A DNA stretch of 32,000 nt. Source: Corynebacterium amycolatum (GTDB lineage Bacteria; Actinomycetota; Actinomycetes; Mycobacteriales; Mycobacteriaceae). The notes below the pieces were generated by a model that ran no database searches, was not told where the DNA came from, and worked only from the letters and a program-made list of their open reading frames with translations. Made by a program: the position numbers and the translations under genes. The stretch lies in NCBI RefSeq assembly GCF_049243625.1, contig NZ_CP046975.1. The stretch is one strand, 5' to 3'. Position 1 is the stretch's first letter, and every line of letters begins with the position of its first letter. Below, piece after piece: positions 9,752 to 15,412 of the stretch.

Positions 9752-10048
9752 ATGGAAACCGTAAACGTATCTGAAGTACCCGAAGACGCACAGATCATTG
9801 ATGTCCGCTCACAGATGGAGTGGAATGACGGCCATGCCACCGGCGCCATTCACATCCCCATGGAAGAGATTCCGTCCCGCTACGGCGAGCTGGATCTGGA
9901 TTCCGACATTTACCTGATGTGCCGCTCCGGTGGACGTGCCGCTCAGGTTTCTTCCTGGTTGGAGAAGAACGGTATCGACACCATCGTCATCACCGGTGGC
10001 ATGATCGACTGGGAGCACTTCGGCCGCCCGATGGAGAAGGCCAACTAA
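9752..10048 (+). CDS. Single-domain rhodanese-like sulfurtransferase
   Basis: Active-site loop CRSGGRA, with flanking IIDVRSQMEW and GHATGAIHIP. The track ORF starts at TTG 9734; I prefer ATG 9752 because of the -10/N7 geometry. Confidence 0.85.
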   Translation: METVNVSEVPEDAQIIDVRSQMEWNDGHATGAIHIPMEEIPSRYGELDLDSDIYLMCRSGGRAAQVSSWLEKNGIDTIVITGGMIDWEHFGRPMEKAN

Positions 10049-10059
10049 ATCAACTACAA

Positions 10060-10090
10060 CTGCCCTGCCTACCTGCAGGGCAGTTTTTCA
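10060..10090 (+). terminator. Intrinsic terminator after the rhodanese gene
   Basis: CTGCCCTGC (10060-10068) pairs with GCAGGGCAG (10075-10083), a perfect 9-bp stem with a 6-nt loop, followed by TTTTTCATTTATTT. Confidence 0.8.
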
Positions 10091-10192
10091 TTTATTTACC
10101 CACCCCAAAGCACCGACCTTCTAACAATCCGCAGGCAAACAGGGGCATTATTAGTTGGCCATGTCCCATTATTGATGGTTCCCCAGATTGTC

Positions 10193-10198
10193 TAGTAT
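10193..10198 (+). promoter_or_regulatory. Candidate -10 hexamer TAGTAT; leaderless-type promoter for the marR-NRPS operon
   Basis: TAGTAT, then 7 nt, then ATG at 10206. CATTATT direct repeats at 10146-10152 and 10167-10173 (21-bp period) lie just upstream and could be an operator. Confidence 0.35.
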
Positions 10199-10205
10199 GG
10201 GAAGT

Positions 10206-11060
10206 ATGTCTGATTCATCCGTACTTTCCTCGGCAGACTCCGCCGACGCCAGCGGTGGTGTGGCAGCCGACGTAGGCGCGAAGGTGCCTGCTGTCGACGC
10301 ACAGAGCGGCACCAAGGCGAAGAAGGCTCGCAAGGGGGCGAAAGCCAAAAACAAGGCCAGTGCTAAGGCCAGAACTAAGTCCAAGTGCAAGCCCGGCTCC
10401 GCAAGCGAACCCGCCGTCGCACCGGCGGCCCTGCGCAAATCCGCGTCCTGGTGTCTGGCAAAGCTCGACGCGGCTGTCCGTACCAGTGTCAACGCGGCTC
10501 TTGGCCGCACTCAGATTGAGTCGATTTCCATCCGCGGGTATTGGGTTCTGGAGGCCATCGCCGATGGCGGCGACATGGCTCAAACCGAGCTGAGCGCACT
10601 GCTCGGCATGGATCGCTCTGACATGGTTCGCCTAATCGACTCTCTGGAGTCGGCAAATCTAGTCGAGCGCACCCGGGACTCCAAAGATCGTCGCCGCCAG
10701 CTCATCGCGCTGACAGAAACGGGCAACACCACCCGCGCATCTCTGCGACGCTCACTCCGCAGAGCCGAGCGCGCCGCCGTCTCCGAATGTGCACCCGAGG
10801 TACGCGCACTGCTTGCATCGCTTGCCGACGACTCCGCTGCAAGCCACGAAAATGACACCGGTACTCCGCTTTCTGACAATGCCGGCGCGAAGAATCCTGA
10901 GACCGCTACCCCAGAGGCCACGGCCACTGAGACAGACACCAAGGGCATGGCGGAGAATAAGACGCAGGCGACGTCGTCAAGCGATGCCCAGCGTCCTAAA
11001 CGGAAGAAGTCGAAGAAGAAGAAAAAGCGCAAGAAGAATAAGAAGGGGGCTCTCAAGTGA
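10206..11060 (+). CDS. MarR-family transcriptional regulator with Lys/Ala-rich N-terminal and poly-Lys C-terminal tails
   Basis: Winged-HTH core YWVLEAIADGGDMAQTELSALLGMDRSDMVRLIDSLESANLVERTRDSKDRRRQLIALTETG. N-terminal region KAKKARKGAKAKNKASAKARTKSKCK; C-terminus KRKKSKKKKKRKKNKKGALK. Alternative in-frame starts: TTG 10188 and ATG 10197. The stop overlaps the next gene's start (GTGA). Confidence 0.85.
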   Translation: MSDSSVLSSADSADASGGVAADVGAKVPAVDAQSGTKAKKARKGAKAKNKASAKARTKSKCKPGSASEPAVAPAALRKSASWCLAKLDAAVRTSVNAALGRTQIESISIRGYWVLEAIADGGDMAQTELSALLGMDRSDMVRLIDSLESANLVERTRDSKDRRRQLIALTETGNTTRASLRRSLRRAERAAVSECAPEVRALLASLADDSAASHENDTGTPLSDNAGAKNPETATPEATATETDTKGMAENKTQATSSSDAQRPKRKKSKKKKKRKKNKKGALK

Positions 11061-14000
11061 CAACCACTGAAGCGAAGTTCCTACGCACTACGGAACAGCC
11101 GCTTGAGCGCACACTCATTGACATTGTCCGGGCGACCGCGCGAAGGTTCCCTGAGGCTGAGGCCATCGATGACGGCGAGGTTGTCGTCACGTATGCGGAA
11201 TTGATCAACGAGATTGATTCCACAGCTACGTGGCTCTACGAACAGGGCATCCGTCGCGGCGACCGCATTGGTGTGCGGATGCCGTCGGGAAGCCGCGAGC
11301 TCTACCTGGCAATTTTGTCCATTATGGCTGCCGGTGCCGCCTACGTTCCGGTGGATGCGGACGACCCCGACGAGCGTGCCGAAATGGTCTTCGGCGAGGC
11401 CGGTATCGCCGGTTACTTCGATGCTGAAGGCCTACATTTGGCTGGCTCCACGGCACGTAATCGCCCCCGCCCGCTGGACTCCGACGCCGACTCCGACGAG
11501 GAAGAGACGGAACCGACGCCGCCAAGCGCACGCGAGATTATCTCGCAGGAGCCCACTCCTGACGATGACTGCTGGATTATTTTCACCTCTGGCTCCACCG
11601 GTAAGCCCAAGGGCGTGGCGGTCACCCACCGCAGCGCCGCCGCTTTTGTCGATGCGGAGGCCCGATGGTTCTTGGCCAACCACCCGGAAGGGCCGCTCGG
11701 CCCGGACGACCGCGTTCTCGCCGGCCTGTCCGTCGCCTTCGACGCCTCCTGTGAGGAAATGTGGCTGGCCTGGCGAAATGGTGCCTGCCTGGTGCCGGCC
11801 CCGCGTTCGCTGGTGCGCTCCGGTGTGGACCTGGGCCCATGGCTGATTTCCCGCCACATCACCGCTGTTTCCACGGTGCCGACACTGGCCGGCCTGTGGC
11901 CCGCCGAGGCACTCGACAGCGTGCGCCTGCTCATCGTCGGCGGCGAGGCCTGCCCGCAAGAGCTGGTCGAGCGACTGTCCACCCCAGAACGCGAAATGTG
12001 GAACACCTACGGCCCCACTGAGGCCACCGTCGTGGCCTCCGGCATCGAGCTGAAGCCTGGCAAGCCCGTGACCATTGGTTTTCCTCTGGACGGCTGGGAC
12101 CTCACCGTTATCGACGAGGAGGGCAACCCCGTCCTACCGGGCACCAAGGGCGAGCTGGTCATTGGCGGTGTGGGACTCGCACGATACCTGGATCCGGAGA
12201 AGGACGCCGAGAAGTACGCGCCGCTGCCAGCCCTGGGCTGGGAGCGCGCGTACCGCACCGGCGACCACGTCATCATGGATGAGGACGGACTGTACTTCAC
12301 CGGCCGCGTCGACGATCAGGTGAAAATCGGCGGGCGCCGTATTGAGCTCGGCGAGGTCGAGGCGCACCTGGCTGCCCTCCCCGGCGCTACTCAGGCGACT
12401 GTCGTGGTGCAGAAGACCGGTGCTGGCGACTCCATCCTGGTCGGCTACGTCGGCGCCGGTGGCGACGCCGCAGCCATGGACTACGACAAGTGCATGGACA
12501 CTCTCCGCGATGCCATGCCAGCCGCGATGGTGCCACGCCTGCACATCATGGATGAGCTGCCGGTACGCACCTCCGGCAAGGTCGACAAGGCGGCGTTGCC
12601 GTGGCCACTGCCTGCGCGTGCGGGGGAGGGCGACGTCGACAAGCTGAACCCTGTGGAGAAATGGCTGTCCGATATCTGGGCGGACGTGCTGTCCGTACCT
12701 GCGCCCGGCGCGGCCTCGGACTTCTTCGCCCTGGGCGGCACGTCGCTGGCGGCGGCGAGCGTCATCGCGCGTATTCGTCAGCGCGCCCCACAGGTCGCCG
12801 TGCGCGATCTCTACGACCACCCACGCCTGGGAAACCTCGCCGAGGAACTGGTCGCTCGCGGTTTCATCAGCGACGACATGCTTGCCGACGACGCCAGCGA
12901 CCCCACCGCCCACCTGGAAAAGGTGCCCGAGCCGACGCCTGTCTCCCGCAAGACCCGTTGGGCGCAGGTCGGCCTCATGGTGCCGCTGCAGTGGGCACGT
13001 GGTATGCGCTGGGTAACGTGGCTTGCGATTATCAACTGGGTTATCGGCGGGCCGCTGGCACTACCAGGCTGGTTGGTGGCTGTACTGGCCGTGTTGTTCC
13101 TGACCCCGCTGGGGGTTATGCCCATCAACGCGGCGACGACACGCCTGCTCACGCGCAACATCGCCCCGGGTGATTACCCGCGTGGCGGCTCGGTGCATCT
13201 GTGCCTATGGGCGGCTGAACGCCTGGCAGAGAGCTCCGGCGCCCACTCAGTGGCGGGCGCTCCGTTCGTGCTGTGGTATGCCCGCATGCTGGGTGCCCGC
13301 ATTGGTAAGGGCGTGAATCTGCACGCGCTGCCGCCGGTGACGGGTCTGGTCAAACTGGATGATTACTGCTCGATCGAGCCGGAGGTAGACCTGTCCGGAT
13401 ACTGGGTCGATGGTGATGTCGTCCACGTCGGCGAGGTCACTATTGGCAAGCACGCCCGCATCGGTGCCCGTTCAACGCTGCTGCCCGGCGCGCGTATCGG
13501 CAATGACGCTCACATCGAGGCGGGTTCCACCGTCACCGGTGAAAAAAAGGTCAAGGCTGGTGCGCGCTGGTCGGGTTCCCCGGCTCGCAAGGTCGGCCGG
13601 TCCAAGCACCGCTTCCCGGAGGAAGTCCCGCCGGCGCGTCGCCACTGGGTGGCTATCTACGGTCTTACCGCTGTCTTGCTGACGCTGGTGCCGCTGTCCG
13701 CTGCGGTCGCGATGGCTGCTGTCATCGGTTGGGGCACGGGACTTATCGACGGCACCACCGAGCTAACCACCTCGAATCTCTGGCCAACGCTGGGCAGCGC
13801 CGTGCTGTGGGCTATTCCCGCCACCTTCGTCGGTGTTGCGGTGTATGCCCTGCTGACGCTGATTCTCGTGCGCCTGTTCAGCATCGGCCTGAAGCCGGGA
13901 GTGTTCCCGGTGCGTTCGCGCGTGGGTTGGCAGTCCTGGGCGACAATTCGCCTGATGGATGCTGCTCGTCACGACCTGTTCTTCATCTACGCCTCCATGC

Positions 14001-15106
14001 TGACTCCACTGTGGCTGCGTGCACTGGGCGCCCAGATTGGTCACGACAGCGAGGTCTCCACCGCGATTGGTATTCCGAAGTTCTTGCACGTCAAGGACGA
14101 GTCCTTCTTGGCTGACGACACCATGGTCGGCAGCTACGAGCTCGGCGGCGGTTGGCTGCTGGTAGGCGACTCCCGCATCGGCAAGCGCGCCTTCCTGGGC
14201 AACTCCGGCATCACGCTTCCGGAACGCAAGCTGGCGAAGAACTCGCTGGTGGCCGTGCTGTCCTCTACTCCGAAGAAGACCAAGTCCGGTTCCAACTGGT
14301 GGGGTTCGCCACCAGAGCGCATGCGCCGTGTGGGAACCGTCTCCAGTGATGAGTCGGCGCAGACCTACCGTCCGACTACGGGGTTGAAGGTCGCCCGCAG
14401 CATTGTGGAGACGCTGCGTGTCCTGGCGCCGATGGTCTCTCTCATGCTGGCGACGATCACGCTGTTTAGCCTGCAGGGAATTGGTATGTTCACCGCGGAG
14501 CTGGTCACTGCAGGTGGCGTTGGCGCTGCCCTGCTCGGCCTGGTGGTCGCGTGGCTGCTCTCCCCTGCCGTGCTACTGATTATTGGTGCGCTGGGGCTGC
14601 TCATCACGGTCGTGGCCAAGTGGGTGTGCGTCGGCAAGCACAAGCCCGGTGACCACCCGCTGTGGAGTAAGTTCGTCTGGCTCAATGAGCTGCAGGATAC
14701 GTTCGTCGAAATGGTCGCCGCGCCGTGGTATCTGAACCCGGCGATGGCCACCGGCGGTATCGCACGCGCGATGCGGCTGCTCGGCGCGAACGTTGGCCAC
14801 GGCGTGTGGCTGGAGACGTACTGGCTGCCCGAGACCGACCTGATCACGATCGAGCGAGGTGCTTCTGTCGGCCGCGGTTGTGTCGTTCAGACGCACCTGT
14901 TCACCGACCGCGTGATGACGCTCGACACCGTCCACATCGGACACGGCTCCGTCCTGGGACCGCACTCAGTCGCACTGCCGGCATCTGTGCTTGACGACGG
15001 CTGCCGCGTCGAACCCGGTTCTCTCGTTATGCGCGGTGACCACGTTCCTGCGCATACCTCCTGGCGAGGTAACCCGATTGAGCCGGTAGTGGCAAAGAAG
15101 AAGTAG
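11057..15106 (+). CDS. Pls/PosA-type single-module NRPS (cationic homopoly-amino-acid synthetase-like): A domain, T domain, then three (2 TM + hexapeptide-repeat) units
   Basis: 1349 aa. A-domain cores A1-A10 are present (FTSGSTGKPKGV, FDAS, NTYGPTE, YRTGD, GRVDDQVKIGGRRIELGEVE, SGKVDK). Carrier site is DFFALGGTS(563)L. No HHxxxDG or GxSxG domain. Three hydrophobic helix pairs alternate with LbH-like segments. Purine-rich AAGAAGGGGG lies 7 nt upstream of GTG 11057. Confidence 0.9.
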   Translation: MTTTEAKFLRTTEQPLERTLIDIVRATARRFPEAEAIDDGEVVVTYAELINEIDSTATWLYEQGIRRGDRIGVRMPSGSRELYLAILSIMAAGAAYVPVDADDPDERAEMVFGEAGIAGYFDAEGLHLAGSTARNRPRPLDSDADSDEEETEPTPPSAREIISQEPTPDDDCWIIFTSGSTGKPKGVAVTHRSAAAFVDAEARWFLANHPEGPLGPDDRVLAGLSVAFDASCEEMWLAWRNGACLVPAPRSLVRSGVDLGPWLISRHITAVSTVPTLAGLWPAEALDSVRLLIVGGEACPQELVERLSTPEREMWNTYGPTEATVVASGIELKPGKPVTIGFPLDGWDLTVIDEEGNPVLPGTKGELVIGGVGLARYLDPEKDAEKYAPLPALGWERAYRTGDHVIMDEDGLYFTGRVDDQVKIGGRRIELGEVEAHLAALPGATQATVVVQKTGAGDSILVGYVGAGGDAAAMDYDKCMDTLRDAMPAAMVPRLHIMDELPVRTSGKVDKAALPWPLPARAGEGDVDKLNPVEKWLSDIWADVLSVPAPGAASDFFALGGTSLAAASVIARIRQRAPQVAVRDLYDHPRLGNLAEELVARGFISDDMLADDASDPTAHLEKVPEPTPVSRKTRWAQVGLMVPLQWARGMRWVTWLAIINWVIGGPLALPGWLVAVLAVLFLTPLGVMPINAATTRLLTRNIAPGDYPRGGSVHLCLWAAERLAESSGAHSVAGAPFVLWYARMLGARIGKGVNLHALPPVTGLVKLDDYCSIEPEVDLSGYWVDGDVVHVGEVTIGKHARIGARSTLLPGARIGNDAHIEAGSTVTGEKKVKAGARWSGSPARKVGRSKHRFPEEVPPARRHWVAIYGLTAVLLTLVPLSAAVAMAAVIGWGTGLIDGTTELTTSNLWPTLGSAVLWAIPATFVGVAVYALLTLILVRLFSIGLKPGVFPVRSRVGWQSWATIRLMDAARHDLFFIYASMLTPLWLRALGAQIGHDSEVSTAIGIPKFLHVKDESFLADDTMVGSYELGGGWLLVGDSRIGKRAFLGNSGITLPERKLAKNSLVAVLSSTPKKTKSGSNWWGSPPERMRRVGTVSSDESAQTYRPTTGLKVARSIVETLRVLAPMVSLMLATITLFSLQGIGMFTAELVTAGGVGAALLGLVVAWLLSPAVLLIIGALGLLITVVAKWVCVGKHKPGDHPLWSKFVWLNELQDTFVEMVAAPWYLNPAMATGGIARAMRLLGANVGHGVWLETYWLPETDLITIERGASVGRGCVVQTHLFTDRVMTLDTVHIGHGSVLGPHSVALPASVLDDGCRVEPGSLVMRGDHVPAHTSWRGNPIEPVVAKKK

Positions 15107-15109
15107 CCC

Positions 15110-15163
15110 GGCTTGTGTAGGGCTTTGTAGGAGCTTTGTTGGGGCCTTGTTGGGGCCTTGTTG
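15110..15163. repeat. About five tandem copies of a degenerate 11-bp unit (GGGCCTTGTTG-like)
   Basis: GGCTTGTGTAG / GGCTTTGTAG / GAGCTTTGTTG / GGGCCTTGTTG / GGGCCTTGTTG, read directly. Starts 4 nt after the NRPS stop codon. Confidence 0.85.
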
Positions 15164-15168
15164 GCACA

Positions 15169-15283
15169 ACGGGCTGCAAATGTGAAACTGTGCAAGCTTA
15201 TAGCACTTTCAAGCCATTTTTCGGGCAATTTTTGCTATAAACGCAGTCAGTAACTCACATTGGCCCGCTGCCGCCAGCCATAA
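15169..15283 (+). repeat. 115-bp intergenic repeat, copy A (long imperfect hairpin)
   Basis: Aligns without gaps to 19315-19429 with 92/115 identities; the first 25 nt are identical (ACGGGCTGCAAATGTGAAACTGTGC). Apical stem is TTATAGCA (15198-15205) with TGCTATAA (15233-15240). Outer stem is AATGTGA (15179-15185) with TCACATT (15255-15261). Confidence 0.85.
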
Positions 15284-15306
15284 ACGCAGTCAGTTACTCG
15301 CATTGG
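15237..15306. repeat. 27-bp direct repeat with 43-bp period (duplicated 3' module of repeat copy A)
   Basis: ATAAACGCAGTCAGTAACTCACATTGG (15237-15263) versus ATAAACGCAGTCAGTTACTCGCATTGG (15280-15306); 25/27 identical. Confidence 0.9.
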
Positions 15307-15325
15307 GGCTAAGTAGGGCTAAGTA
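15306..15325. repeat. Perfect 10-bp tandem duplication GGGCTAAGTA x2
   Basis: Read directly at 15306-15315 and 15316-15325. Confidence 0.95.
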
Positions 15326-15412
15326 GCAAAAGGTGCCCACCCGGCGACACGCCGAGCGGACACACTTTTGCTACTTAACCCGCTATTTATTTTTCGGCTT
15401 TTTGGTTCCGGC

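Noticed and set aside
11214-14965. Numerous 60-260-aa ORFs on both strands inside the NRPS gene (for example 12134..12913 minus)
   Set aside because: They are alternative-frame or antisense artefacts. Only the 11057..15106 frame carries the ordered A1-A10, carrier-protein and hexapeptide motifs.
15169-15228. Possible conserved small peptide: minus-strand ORFs 14887..15228 and 18754..19362 both begin MPE... and share HSFTFAAR
   Set aside because: The shared residues come from the identical 25-nt core of the 115-bp repeat. Both 'starts' are TTG and lie at different positions within the element. Substitutions between the copies are non-synonymous and instead covary as base pairs. Beyond the repeat the ORFs diverge completely and run antisense into real genes.
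15107-15330. CRISPR array or mobile-element terminus in the repeat-rich spacer
   Set aside because: The repeat units are only 10-27 bp, directly abutting or irregularly spaced, with no unique spacers of uniform length. There is no transposase or cas gene and no terminal inverted repeats with target-site duplication that I could define.
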